Shown here piece by piece: positions 28,935 through 38,818 of a stretch of 64,000 nucleotides of DNA. Made by a program: the position numbers and the translations under genes. The stretch is from an uncultured Campylobacter sp. Its GTDB lineage: Bacteria; Campylobacterota; Campylobacteria; Campylobacterales; Campylobacteraceae. The stretch lies in NCBI GenBank assembly GCA_963529235.1, contig CAURYE010000002.1, positions 76,167 through 140,166 on the forward strand, given 5' to 3'. The notes below the pieces were generated by a model, which was not told the origin of the DNA, made no database searches, and saw only the letters and a list, made by a program, of their open reading frames with translations. Position 1 is the first letter of the stretch. Each line of letters opens with the position of its first letter.

Positions 28935-30872
28935 TTATTCCCTTGAAAGAGCGTCGATCGGATTTAGCTTTGAGGCGCTGCGAGCAGGCATGTAGCCAAA
29001 TATTACGCCTATCGCGCTAGAAACCGCAAGCGCTACCACGATAGAAGTCTGCGAAAATATCATCTTAACGCCGGGCGCGAAATTTTCCGCTAGATAGCCG
29101 ATACCAAAGGCCGTTCCGACGCCGATTAATCCGCCTATGAGACACAGCAGCACAGCCTCGATCAAAAACTGCTCTAGGATATTTCCCTGACGCGCGCCGA
29201 TCGCCATCCTGATGCCGATCTCCTTGGTGCGCTCGGTTACGGAAACTAGCATGATGTTCATCACGCCGATACCGCCCACTAGCAGCGAGATAAAAGCGAT
29301 ACAAGAGATCAGCAGCGTCATGGTCTTTGTTGTCTCCTCGATCGTTTTTTTGATCGTGTCGGAGTTTCTGGTGAAAAAGTCCTTTTTACCGTGCTTGGCG
29401 GTTAAAATTTCCGTTAGACTTTGCTCTGCTATCTGCGCGTTTACGCTATCTTTTACCTTAACCGTGATGGACGAGAGGTGCCTATCTCCCGTTAGTTTGT
29501 TTATGACCGCGGTGTATGTAGAAAACGTGCGCAGAGTGCTAGAGTCCGCGAACATATTGTCGTTTTTTGCTACCACGCCGATGATCCTAAACGGGCGCTT
29601 GTTAAAAAGCACCGTTTTACCCAGCGGATCCTCGTTTTTAAAAAACTGCTCCCTAGTTGGCTGATCTATCACGATCACAGACGCCGACTCTGCGACCTCT
29701 TGCGCCGTAAACACTCTCCCGGCCTCGACGGTGTAGCCCATCACGTTTAGGCTCTCCTCGCTACCGCCTCTGATCGTCGCGGAGGCTGATTTATTGCCGT
29801 AGGTGAGCGTGCCGCTAGCAGAAGCGTTTGGCGTGACGCTATCTAGATAGTCTTGCTTAGCTAGCATTGCCGCGTCGCTCACGGTTAGATTTTTAACCCT
29901 CTCCGAGCGCATATCGCCAAAACCTTTGCCGTTATAAATATCTATCGTATTCGTGCCGATACCGCGGATATCGGAGAGGATCTGCTCCTGCGAGCCCTGC
30001 CCTAGCGCCACGACGCAGATAACCGAGGTGATGCCGATGATGATGCCAAGCATCGTTAGCACCGAGCGTAGTTTGTGGCTCAGTATCGCGTTTATCGACA
30101 TTTTAAAGCTCTCGATAAACTGATCTTTATAAAAGCTAAAGATATTTTTTTGCTTTGGCGACGGTTTTTCGGAGACGAAAATTTCCTCGCTTTTTACCGT
30201 ATCGCTTAAAATTTTACCGTCTTTTATCTCGATGACGCGGTTTGCGTATGCGGCGATATTTGGGTCGTGCGTGACGATGATGATGGTGTGGCCTTGCTTG
30301 TGCAAATTTGTTAAAATCTCCATCACCATGAGGCCGCTTTTGCTATCTAGCGCGCCCGTCGGCTCGTCTGCGAGGATGATCTCGCCGCCGTTTATGAGCG
30401 CTCTAGCGATCGAGACTCGCTGTTGCTGCCCGCCGCTAAGTTTACTAGGCAGATTTTGCAGCTTTTCGCCAAGACCGAGCCCTTCTAAAAGCTCCCCGGC
30501 CTTTTTCTCGCGCTCTTTTTTAGAAATGCCCGCATACACGCTCGGCAAAGCTACGTTTTGCAGCGTAGATAGCGTAGATAGAAGGTTATAGCGCTGAAAT
30601 ATAAAACCGAATTTTTCTCTGCGCAAACGCGCTAGCTCGTCGCCTTCAAATTTAGATATGTCGCGATCTTCTAGCAGATACTGCCCGCCGCTTGGATTAT
30701 CTAGGCAGCCAAGGATGTTCATGAGCGTGGATTTACCCGATCCGCTTTGTCCGATGATAGTGATAAACTCGCCCTTTTTTATGCTCAAATTTACGTCTTT
30801 TAGCGCGTCAAATACGTTATCGCCGAGCTTAAATTTCTTGCTTAAATTTTTAAGTTCTATCAAATTTTTCAA
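28935..30872 (-). CDS. macB: MacB-type ABC transporter (fused ATPase and FtsX-like permease)
   Basis: Walker A GQSGSGKST, signature LSGGQQQRV, Walker B ILADEPT, and a C-terminal four-TM FtsX domain with a large periplasmic loop. 645 aa. Confidence 0.95.
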   Translation of the reverse strand: MKNLIELKNLSKKFKLGDNVFDALKDVNLSIKKGEFITIIGQSGSGKSTLMNILGCLDNPSGGQYLLEDRDISKFEGDELARLRREKFGFIFQRYNLLSTLSTLQNVALPSVYAGISKKEREKKAGELLEGLGLGEKLQNLPSKLSGGQQQRVSIARALINGGEIILADEPTGALDSKSGLMVMEILTNLHKQGHTIIIVTHDPNIAAYANRVIEIKDGKILSDTVKSEEIFVSEKPSPKQKNIFSFYKDQFIESFKMSINAILSHKLRSVLTMLGIIIGITSVICVVALGQGSQEQILSDIRGIGTNTIDIYNGKGFGDMRSERVKNLTVSDAAMLAKQDYLDSVTPNASASGTLTYGNKSASATIRGGSEESLNVMGYTVEAGRVFTAQEVAESASVIVIDQPTREQFFKNEDPLGKTVLFNKRPFRIIGVVAKNDNMFADSSTLRTFSTYTAVINKLTGDRHLSSITVKVKDSVNAQIAEQSLTEILTAKHGKKDFFTRNSDTIKKTIEETTKTMTLLISCIAFISLLVGGIGVMNIMLVSVTERTKEIGIRMAIGARQGNILEQFLIEAVLLCLIGGLIGVGTAFGIGYLAENFAPGVKMIFSQTSIVVALAVSSAIGVIFGYMPARSASKLNPIDALSRE

Positions 30873-30881
30873 GACTTAGCC

Positions 30882-32093
30882 TTAGAACTTCATTCTTCTT
30901 TTTTCTTTTTCTAGCATCGCATTGATCTCAGCCGCCGAGTTTTGCTTCGTCACGACCTCCTCGCCCTCCTCTACTCCGCTTAAAATTTGAGTTTTTAAGC
31001 TGTCGGTTAGTCCCGTTTGCACCTCTCTTCGCTCGGCCGTATCTAGCCCGTCTTTACCTTTTTTTAGTACGTAAACTACGCTTTTACCGTCCTCTTTTTT
31101 GACGGCTATCGAGGGCACTATGACGGCGTCTTTAGCGCTATCTAGGATGACGGTATTTTGCGTGGTCATACCGATCCTTAGCGTGCCGTCCGGGTTATCT
31201 ACGATAGCTTTGGCGTAGTAGTAGATCGCCGAACTGCTCGAGCTTGAGGCGGTCGAGCCCGAGCTAGTAGTCGTGGCGTATTTGCCGTTGCTTAGCGTGG
31301 TTAGACCCGGGTCTATCGAGCTAATACGAGCGTGAAATTTACGATTCGGCTCAGAGAGGATCGAATACTCGACTCTTGAGCCTACCTTTATCTTTGTGAT
31401 GTCGCCCTCGGCGATCTCCATTTTTAGCTGGACTTTGCTTAGATCGGCGATGTTTACGATGGTGGGCGTAGTTTGGTTTGAGTTTACGGTTTGACCTTCC
31501 TCGACCTGCACGGAAACCACGACGCCGCCTTTTGGAGCGGTGATTTTAGTGTAGCCAAGGTCGATCTGAGCGGTATTTAGAGAGATTTTAGCCTGCACGA
31601 TTTGCGCTTCGATCTCTTTTAGCGAGGCTTCGTTTGCGGCTAGGGTATTTTTAGCGTTTTCAAACTCCTCTTTTGAGGTCGCGTTTTTAGCAAAAAGCTC
31701 TTGTTCGCGCTTAAATTTGGTCTTTGAAGTCTCGAGCGCTACTTTGGCCGAATTTAACTTCGCTTCGTAAATACCAAGCTGCGCTTTTTTGGTATCTACG
31801 TTGTTTTGCTGGGTTGCCGAGTCGATTTCAGCGATCATATCGCCGGCTTTTACGACGTCGCCGAGCTTTACGTAGAGCTTTTTGATCTGGCCGCCTACCT
31901 GCGCGCCAACGTCGATTAGCTCGGTAGCGTAGATCTCGCCGTTACTTTCGATACTTTTTACGAGCTCGCCGCGAACGGCTTTTGAGGTGATAAACTGATC
32001 GCCTTGCGGGACGTTAAAATTTTTATCGTAAAAGTAGTAAACCACCCCCGCTAGCACGGCGAAAACCGCGATAAATTTGATAAATTTTTTCAT
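30882..32093 (-). CDS. macA: MacA-type periplasmic adaptor (HlyD/MFP family)
   Basis: N-terminal anchor, lipoyl-like halves flanking a coiled-coil hairpin, and a beta-barrel domain. It sits upstream of macB. Confidence 0.88.
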   Translation of the reverse strand: MKKFIKFIAVFAVLAGVVYYFYDKNFNVPQGDQFITSKAVRGELVKSIESNGEIYATELIDVGAQVGGQIKKLYVKLGDVVKAGDMIAEIDSATQQNNVDTKKAQLGIYEAKLNSAKVALETSKTKFKREQELFAKNATSKEEFENAKNTLAANEASLKEIEAQIVQAKISLNTAQIDLGYTKITAPKGGVVVSVQVEEGQTVNSNQTTPTIVNIADLSKVQLKMEIAEGDITKIKVGSRVEYSILSEPNRKFHARISSIDPGLTTLSNGKYATTTSSGSTASSSSSSAIYYYAKAIVDNPDGTLRIGMTTQNTVILDSAKDAVIVPSIAVKKEDGKSVVYVLKKGKDGLDTAERREVQTGLTDSLKTQILSGVEEGEEVVTKQNSAAEINAMLEKEKRRMKF

Positions 32094-32238
32094 TATTTCT
32101 CGCTTTTTTAAATTTAACGCGAGATTATATACAAAAATGCGTTAAGGCGATGTTAAGTCTTCGGCGTCTATTTTATTTTTCTTTAATGCGAGCCGCCGTA
32201 TAATCGCATTTTTAAAATTTATAACTCGGATTACGCAA

Positions 32239-33150
32239 ATGTTTACGCAATTATTATCCATTTTTATCATTATCGCTTCCGGCTACGGGGCGAAAAAATT
32301 TAAAGTCTTCGAGCAAAAAAACGCTTCCGTATTCATAAACTACGCGCTTTGCTTCGCCCTTCCGGCGCTGATTTTCGATAAAATTTACCACGTAAACATC
32401 GACACCACGCTTATCAACGTCATTGCCACCGGTTTTGCCTGTTCGATGCTGGGTGCTGCGGCGATATTTTTGGCGTGCAGATTTTTAAAATTTAACAAAG
32501 CCACGACTGTGAGCGCCGTGCTGCTAGGGATGTTTGGAAATACCGTATTTATGGGTATGCCTATCATCAAGGGCTTTTTCGGCGAGGACGCGATGAACGA
32601 AGTTATCTTTTACGATCAGTTAGCCACCTCGATCCCGATTAGCATTTTTGGGCCTTTTATCCTGGCTTTCGGCGCTCCGGCGAAGGTTTCGCTCGTGCAA
32701 AACGTTATGAAAGTGATCAAATTTCCCCCGTTTGTCGCGCTTATTTTGGGCTTTTTGCTTCGCGGCTTTCCGCTTCCAAAGGTGCTATTTGACGCGCTTA
32801 CGCTTTTTGCGCAAAGCGTCGTTCCGGTAGCTCTTTTTGCGATAGGCATCGGACTTGGATTTAGGAGCATCAAGAGCTGTTACAAATCAACGGCCGTGGT
32901 AATCGCGGGCAAGATGCTGCTAGCGCCTTTTATTTTTATATTAGTCACGATAGTTTTGGGCGTAAATTTCGGTCAAATTTGGATGATAGGCATCCTGCAG
33001 TGCGCCATGCCGCCGATGGTGCTAGCAAGCGCGATGATCATGAAAGCAGAGCTTGATAGCCAGCTAGCCGTAGCCGCCGTAGCCGTGGGAGTGGCGTTTA
33101 GCTTTATTAGCCTGCCGCTTTTATCATACGTTTTTAGCTTGATGGCGTAA
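32239..33150 (+). CDS. AEC (auxin efflux carrier) family transporter
   Basis: 303 aa with about ten TM helices. N-terminal IIIASGYGAKKF and overall pattern are typical of the AEC family. Confidence 0.85.
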   Translation: MFTQLLSIFIIIASGYGAKKFKVFEQKNASVFINYALCFALPALIFDKIYHVNIDTTLINVIATGFACSMLGAAAIFLACRFLKFNKATTVSAVLLGMFGNTVFMGMPIIKGFFGEDAMNEVIFYDQLATSIPISIFGPFILAFGAPAKVSLVQNVMKVIKFPPFVALILGFLLRGFPLPKVLFDALTLFAQSVVPVALFAIGIGLGFRSIKSCYKSTAVVIAGKMLLAPFIFILVTIVLGVNFGQIWMIGILQCAMPPMVLASAMIMKAELDSQLAVAAVAVGVAFSFISLPLLSYVFSLMA

Positions 33151-33169
33151 ATTTCACGCTCATTTCACG
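33151..33169 (+). promoter_or_regulatory. direct repeat ATTTCACG-N3-ATTTCACG (11-bp phasing), candidate response-regulator binding site
   Basis: ATTTCACG at 33151-33158 and 33162-33169. This is 46-64 nt upstream of the ATG of the Met-rich ORF and just upstream of an AT-rich -10-like CATAAAT. Confidence 0.35.
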
Positions 33170-33214
33170 TTTCTTGGCTAAACTTTCATCATAAATTTTC
33201 CTAAAGGAGATGCT

Positions 33215-33481
33215 ATGAAAAAGTTAGCTTTAGTTGCGCTTAGCGCTTTGTTCGTTACAGGTTCTATCTTTGCCGCCGAGATGAAAGGCGATATGATGGA
33301 GAAAAAAGATACCATGATGGAAAAAAAGGACGCCATGATGGAAAAAAAGGACGCCATGATGGAGAAAAAAGACGATATGATGATAAAAAAGGACGCCATG
33401 AAGGGCGACATGAAAGAGATGAAAGACGATATGGGTAAAAAGAAAGACGATATGAAAGACATGAAAAAGGATAAGATGTAA
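33215..33481 (+). CDS. secreted Met/Lys/Asp-rich repeat protein (MMEKKDx heptads; reminiscent of MXKDX-repeat proteins)
   Basis: AAAGGAG SD and signal peptide MKKLALVALSALFVTGSIFA. The mature 68 aa contain 18 Met and no Cys or His. The stop overlaps the start of the response regulator (TAATG). Confidence 0.7.
   Translation: MKKLALVALSALFVTGSIFAAEMKGDMMEKKDTMMEKKDAMMEKKDAMMEKKDDMMIKKDAMKGDMKEMKDDMGKKKDDMKDMKKDKM
33293..33397 (+). repeat. five in-frame tandem 21-nt repeats (ATGATGGAAAAAAAGGACGCC-like)
   Basis: Units start at 33293, 33314, 33335, 33356 and 33377. Units 2 and 3 are identical. Confidence 0.95.
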
Positions 33482-34143
33482 TGACGCAAATTTTGCTCGT
33501 AGAGGACGATGAGACGCTAAGCGAACTCATCAGCGAGTATCTGAGCGAACAAGGCTATGACGTGACAGTTCGCGCCGATGCTAAAGCAGCTCTAGATACC
33601 GCCTACGAGCGAAATTTTGATATCCTCATCCTCGACGTCAAGCTACCTAAAGGCGACGGTTTCTCCCTTTTGCGCGAACTTAGGCGGCTTGGCGACGACA
33701 CTCCTGCGATCTTTACCACCTCGCTAAACGCGCTGCAAGACCTAGAGATCGGCTACAAAAGCGGCTGCGACGACTACCTAAAAAAGCCGTACGAGCTAAA
33801 AGAGCTTTTGCTTCGTATTCAAATTTTAATCAAGCGCAAATTTTCTCACGTAAATAACGAATTTATCGAGCTTAATGGCGGATATAAATTTTATCCAAGC
33901 TCCAAAACGCTCCGGCAAAACGGGCAAATCGTAAGCCTCTCAAACAAAGAAAGCGAGCTTTTGTCGCTATTTTTGGAAAATAAAAACGCGCTGCTTAGCA
34001 AAGAGGCGATATTTGAGAAAATTTGGAACTACGGCGAAGAGCCCAGCGAGCTGAGCCTGCGAGTTTACGTCAAAAACTTACGCCGCATTTTAGGCAAGGA
34101 CGCGATCATAAATAGGCGCGGCGACGGCTATATCTATGTCTGA
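33481..34143 (+). CDS. OmpR-family response regulator
   Basis: Receiver domain (ILLVEDDETL ... ILILDVKLP) plus a winged-helix domain (LSNKESELLSLFLEN ... LRVYVKNLRRIL). Confidence 0.92.
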   Translation: MTQILLVEDDETLSELISEYLSEQGYDVTVRADAKAALDTAYERNFDILILDVKLPKGDGFSLLRELRRLGDDTPAIFTTSLNALQDLEIGYKSGCDDYLKKPYELKELLLRIQILIKRKFSHVNNEFIELNGGYKFYPSSKTLRQNGQIVSLSNKESELLSLFLENKNALLSKEAIFEKIWNYGEEPSELSLRVYVKNLRRILGKDAIINRRGDGYIYV

Positions 34144-35308
34144 GCGCTCCGCCGTTATAGCTAAAATCCTCTCGCTTTATCTCATCACTAGCACCCTATT
34201 TTTGGGGTATTTCTTTACGAACGACTATAAAATGAAAAAGGAAGCCCTCATCTCAAACGAGGTAAAAAATCTAAAAGAGATCAAGATGGGTATCTATATG
34301 AAAGCGCGTATGGATGGGCTTGGCGCAGTAAAAAGCTTTACTACCGAAAAAGACGTCAAAGCCTGCATCGTAGCTAAAAGCGGTCAAATTTTATACGGCG
34401 AGGCGGGCTGCGCTAAATTTGACGACGCCCAGAGTAGCACGGTCGCATCAGACGGCAAGGTGACGATATTTGAGGCTTTGCAAAATATGGACGAAGGCGG
34501 CGTGGACGAGCTATCGACGGCAAAAATCGCGCTAAGCGGTAAGGACGTCGCGAGCGAGCTAAATTTGCTACGGCTGCGTACGGCGCTAAATTTGCTTATC
34601 GTTTTAGGCATCATCATGATAATCGCCTTTTATCTAGCAAAGACCGCGCTAGCGCCGCTACACGCCAAGATCGCCGCGCTAAATCGCTTTATAAAAGACT
34701 CCACTCACGAGATAAACGCGCCCCTTAGCGTCATACTTATGAGCATCGAAACGGCAGATAAAAGTAGTCTAAGCCAGAGAAATCTAAAGCGCCTAAACAA
34801 CATCCAAACCGCCGCCAAAACGCTAAGCCACATCTACGAAGATCTAACGTATTTATCCTTTGGCGCCTCAAGCTCCGCACCAAAAGAGGATCTAAATTTT
34901 AGAGACATTTTAAACGAGCGACTCGAATTTTTTGCTCCGTTTTTTGCTAAACGAGGGCTTGATTTAAGGCTAAATTTAGAAGACGCTCTCATAAATGCAA
35001 ACGGCTATGAGCTAAAACGTGCGGTGGATAACCTACTAAGCAACGCCGTAAAATACGCAAACCAAGGCGGCTACGTCGCGGTTAGTTTGCAAGACGGCGA
35101 GCTAAAAATCTCAAATAGCGGCGAGGGGCTAAGCAAAAAGCAGCAAGATAAAATTTTCGAGCGATACACGCGGTTTAACGAAGACCAAGGCGGCTTTGGT
35201 ATCGGGCTAAATTTAGTCAAAAGAGCCTGCGAAAACAACGCTATATCTGTAACCTGCGAGAGCGAACCTGGCAAAGAAACGACGTTTAGGCTGCGGTGGC
35301 AAGCATAA
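34136..35308 (+). CDS. membrane sensor histidine kinase
   Basis: Two TM helices flank a ~130-aa periplasmic loop. H-box STHEINAPL, N box LLSNAVKYA, and G boxes NSGEGL / GGFGIGL. It overlaps the RR gene by 8 nt. Confidence 0.9.
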   Translation: MSERSAVIAKILSLYLITSTLFLGYFFTNDYKMKKEALISNEVKNLKEIKMGIYMKARMDGLGAVKSFTTEKDVKACIVAKSGQILYGEAGCAKFDDAQSSTVASDGKVTIFEALQNMDEGGVDELSTAKIALSGKDVASELNLLRLRTALNLLIVLGIIMIIAFYLAKTALAPLHAKIAALNRFIKDSTHEINAPLSVILMSIETADKSSLSQRNLKRLNNIQTAAKTLSHIYEDLTYLSFGASSSAPKEDLNFRDILNERLEFFAPFFAKRGLDLRLNLEDALINANGYELKRAVDNLLSNAVKYANQGGYVAVSLQDGELKISNSGEGLSKKQQDKIFERYTRFNEDQGGFGIGLNLVKRACENNAISVTCESEPGKETTFRLRWQA

Positions 35309-35766
35309 ATTCGACATCAAATTCAGTGGTTTGGGCTTTGAGCCAAATTTGAGATTTTAAATTTAGCATTACGCTATATGACCAAAATTTAATCCGACTC
35401 CTTTTTGAAGTAACAAAAACGACTTTGCGAAATTTTTTACGTTTTTTGGCTCTTAAGCAAATTTTAGTCGTAAAATTTGCGCCGTGCGGTTAAAATTGTA
35501 TGATGCATCCCGAGAATAAAAAGCGATTTTCATAGATTCTTAGCTCAAACCATCCTTAAAACCTCGGGCCGTTTAGTTAAAATATTCCGTAAAGTTCCTT
35601 GCGATTAAATTAAGGGTTAAACCCCATCTTTAAAATTTCAAAACTTTGCGAGTTTAATAAAATTCGATTAAAATCTTAGTCAAATCCAAATTTACAAGAC
35701 AACTAAAAGATTTCACGCGGGGGTATGCTTGCGGTTTAAATTTACTCGCCAATGCCCAAGCAAAGC

Positions 35767-36384
35767 TTACTCGCTATTTATTAGCGAAAGATTTCTGCAG
35801 CCGACCTCATCGCCCAGCTCGCATCCTATCTCGTAAAATTTCCTCGCCACGTCCCTACTCGCGGTCTCTACGCCCAAAGAAAACTGATGCATGCTGCCTA
35901 GATTCGTGCAGCTTTTAGCGTGTTTTAGCTGCACGCAGGATTTTTCGTAGAGTTTTATCGCGCGCACGAAGTCGTTTTTACGCGCGCCAAGCCCCAGGCG
36001 GTAAACGTTTGCGGCATTAAAGCAGCCGTATTTATTGCCCGATTGGCAGGCCTTTAAAAAAAGAGGTAAAATTTGATCGCTAGCAGGATCGATTTTTTGA
36101 TAAAGAGAGCCTAAATTCGAGCACGCCACGCCCTCGCCGCTCTCGCAGGCCTTTTGATAGCAGAGTTTCGCGCGCTCATAGTCTTTGACGTTTTCAAATT
36201 TCACGCCCGTATCGTTGCATTCCTTTGGGCTTTTGCCGTCGCAGATGTTTTTTATTTCAGACTGCGTAACGGGCTTTGGCGGTGCGGGGGTCGCCTTTTT
36301 CGGCGCGGCGCAACCGCTAGCAAACGCCGCAACCAGCGCAAAAACGGCAATATGCGAGATAGCTTGAAAAAAAGCGCGTTTCAA
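35767..36384 (-). CDS. Sel1-like repeat, cysteine-rich lipoprotein (Helicobacter Hcp-like)
   Basis: Lipobox ASGC. Repeated C-x7/8-C pairs sit within SLR units (KACESGEGVACSNLGSLY, KACQSGNKYGCFNAANVY, KSCVQLKHAKSCTNLGSMH, IGCELGDEVGCRNL). Confidence 0.8.
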   Translation of the reverse strand: MKRAFFQAISHIAVFALVAAFASGCAAPKKATPAPPKPVTQSEIKNICDGKSPKECNDTGVKFENVKDYERAKLCYQKACESGEGVACSNLGSLYQKIDPASDQILPLFLKACQSGNKYGCFNAANVYRLGLGARKNDFVRAIKLYEKSCVQLKHAKSCTNLGSMHQFSLGVETASRDVARKFYEIGCELGDEVGCRNLSLINSE

Positions 36385-36679
36385 AATTCAGCCTTAAGAA
36401 AATTTTGCCTTAATCTTACCTTACGCTCGCCAAAATAACGCTTAAAATAAACTTTAAAATCCTCAGCAGTAACCAAGCGGAGCCAAATTTGTAACAAATT
36501 TATCGCTCGTTAAAAGGGCGTTTTTAGCATATTAAGGCGAATTTACCCATAGTTTTATATCCAAATTCGGCGCCTATCGTAACCTGTAAATTTACAAATT
36601 TAATACCGACAAAAAGCGCCGAATTTATAGCTTGGATCACTACGGGCGCAACCCAAGCCCAAAGGCGTGCCAAAACGCC

Positions 36680-38818
36680 TTAGAAATTATACGTAAAACC
36701 TAGATTAAACGTTCGCGGATCGCCGTAAACCATCTTGTTATTGCCGATGCCCTCGAAGTATTTTTTGTTAAACACGTTGTCGATATTTAGCTGAATGTCG
36801 AAATTTTTACTTATCCTGTAGCCAAACATCAAATTTGCCAGCGTGTAGGCCTTTTGCGTGATTTCGTTTGCGCCGCTTCCGACGTAAATTTTACTCTTAT
36901 ACTGCACTCCAGCGCCCGCTCTAAAGTCCGCTATAGAGTATTTAGCAAAGAGATTTGCCGTAGTGCGCGAGCTTTCGGTATCAAATTTCTTGCCGTCGGC
37001 GTCCTTGGCGTTAAAGTGAGTAAGCCCAAGACCTAGGCTTAAATTTTGATTTATCTCGCCGTTTACGTCCACCTCAAAACCCTTACTAGTTACGCCTTTT
37101 TTAGCTTCGTACGCGTCAGTCGTAGTGCCCGGGATCTTTTGTCCGGTTTTTGCGCCTAGTTTATCTTGAACGACCTTAAATACGCCAAAAGAAGCCGAAA
37201 GCGCTCCGTCAAAATAATCGCCCTTTATGCCCAGCTCATAGTCTTTGCCTTGGATCGGATCTAAGTATTTGCCGTTGATATCCTTTACGGTTTGAGGTTT
37301 AAAGATACTCGTGTAGCTTGCATATAGAGTGTGATTTTCGCCGATATCGTACGTGATACCTAGATACGGCGTGATTTCTTGAGTGAAATTTCTATTTCCG
37401 TTGCCGCCTGTTATGCGGTACTTATAATAGCTCATCCTAGCCCCCAGCAAAAACTTTAGCTCGTCCGTGATTGAGAATTTATTAGCCAAATATACGGCCT
37501 TTTGCACCGTCTTATCGGCGTTGTTTTGATCGGCGTAAGGAAACCTCGGATCGTCGATATGGAGGTTTTTAAAATCTATCCTAGTGCGTGCCGAGTAGGC
37601 TAGACCAGCCGGAGTCGTACGATTTAACCAATAGCTACTAACCTTATCGGAGCTGTTTTGGTAGTTGTTATACATAGCGCCAAAAACCGCCTCGTGAGGC
37701 AAGCTAAACGCTTCATACGGTACGTTTACGTAGGCGTCTACGTTGTGGATATTTTCTTCGCGTTTGTTTGCGTAGGCGCTAAGCCCGCCGATGTCGCCCG
37801 TGTCGTCTAAATTTACCTTGCCGCCGTAGTAGAGCAGATTAGTATCCGTATTTGCGCGGCGGAAGGAGTAGGAAAGATTTAGGCTGGCTTCGTTTTCAAA
37901 ATAGTGCCTAAAATCGGCATAAACGTCAAAAGTCTTGATATCCCACCTAGTCCAAGGCTGCGAAAAAATTTCTTTTTTGCTAAATTCGCGCCTAGCGTCG
38001 TTTTTGTAAAACGCGGGCATTCCTCCCCAGCGTATGCCGTGGCGCTTTAGCTCCTGATAAAACGCGCCCAGGCTAAGCCACGAACTATCCATGATATCAG
38101 CGTCCACTACGCCGTAGATAGCGGTGTTTTTACGGTTATAGTAGTCCATATACGAGCCAGACTTCTCGTGCATAAAAGACGCTCTAGCCCGCACGCTGCC
38201 GTCGGCAGTCACCGGAGTCTGCACGTCGCCAGATACCCCGTATCTATCGTACGAGCCCGCGCTTAGTTTAAAATTTCCGGTCAATTCTTTTGAATTTGCT
38301 CTTTTTCGGATGAAATCTAAGCTAGCCGCTGGATTGCCAGCACCCGCTAGCAGGCCGTTTGCGCCCTTTACGACTTCGACGCGTTCATACGGCAACATGC
38401 TCATATCGTTTGCGCCCAGGCTAAATCCGCCGAAGCTTGGCATCGAATCAAGCAAATAATAATCTATCTTAAAGCCCCTTGCCGTAGGATATACGCGCTC
38501 GTCCCACTTGCTAAGCGTGACGCCGGGGATATTTCGCAAAAGCACCTGATAGTCGTTGATGTTTTGATCCTTTAGCCTAGCTTCGGTGATGACGGTTAGC
38601 GACTGAGGCGTTTGGCGCGAGGTGAGGTCTAGCCTCGTGGTGCTTTTTACCAGCTCTTTGGCGTTGTATTTGACGTCGTCGCGCCTTTGCTCGCTAGTGA
38701 CCTCGACGGCCTGCAGCGTCTCTTTGCCCGCTGCGTTCTCGCCGTTTTGAGCGGCTAAAATTTGAACAGATGCGAGCAAATTTATCGCCGCGACCGAAAA
38801 CAAAATTTTATTTTTCAT
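36680..38818 (-). CDS. TonB-dependent siderophore/iron-complex outer-membrane receptor
   Basis: 712 aa with signal peptide, plug domain, 22-strand-type barrel and terminal aromatic residue (FTYNF). Confidence 0.95.
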   Translation of the reverse strand: MKNKILFSVAAINLLASVQILAAQNGENAAGKETLQAVEVTSEQRRDDVKYNAKELVKSTTRLDLTSRQTPQSLTVITEARLKDQNINDYQVLLRNIPGVTLSKWDERVYPTARGFKIDYYLLDSMPSFGGFSLGANDMSMLPYERVEVVKGANGLLAGAGNPAASLDFIRKRANSKELTGNFKLSAGSYDRYGVSGDVQTPVTADGSVRARASFMHEKSGSYMDYYNRKNTAIYGVVDADIMDSSWLSLGAFYQELKRHGIRWGGMPAFYKNDARREFSKKEIFSQPWTRWDIKTFDVYADFRHYFENEASLNLSYSFRRANTDTNLLYYGGKVNLDDTGDIGGLSAYANKREENIHNVDAYVNVPYEAFSLPHEAVFGAMYNNYQNSSDKVSSYWLNRTTPAGLAYSARTRIDFKNLHIDDPRFPYADQNNADKTVQKAVYLANKFSITDELKFLLGARMSYYKYRITGGNGNRNFTQEITPYLGITYDIGENHTLYASYTSIFKPQTVKDINGKYLDPIQGKDYELGIKGDYFDGALSASFGVFKVVQDKLGAKTGQKIPGTTTDAYEAKKGVTSKGFEVDVNGEINQNLSLGLGLTHFNAKDADGKKFDTESSRTTANLFAKYSIADFRAGAGVQYKSKIYVGSGANEITQKAYTLANLMFGYRISKNFDIQLNIDNVFNKKYFEGIGNNKMVYGDPRTFNLGFTYNF

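Noticed and set aside
33178-33530. Minus-strand ORFs (103 and 88 aa, Ser/Phe/Ile-rich repeats) opposite the Met-rich gene
   Set aside because: They are antisense shadows of the 21-nt tandem repeat. They have no SD, whereas the plus-strand ORF has an SD, a signal peptide and translational coupling to the response regulator.
35309-35766. 458-nt gene-free spacer examined for a small RNA (a distant CCCGAG...CTCGGG inverted repeat around 35509-35570)
   Set aside because: I could see no convincing compact structure, terminator, promoter pair or resemblance to housekeeping RNAs (SRP, tmRNA, RNase P, 6S). The evidence is insufficient.
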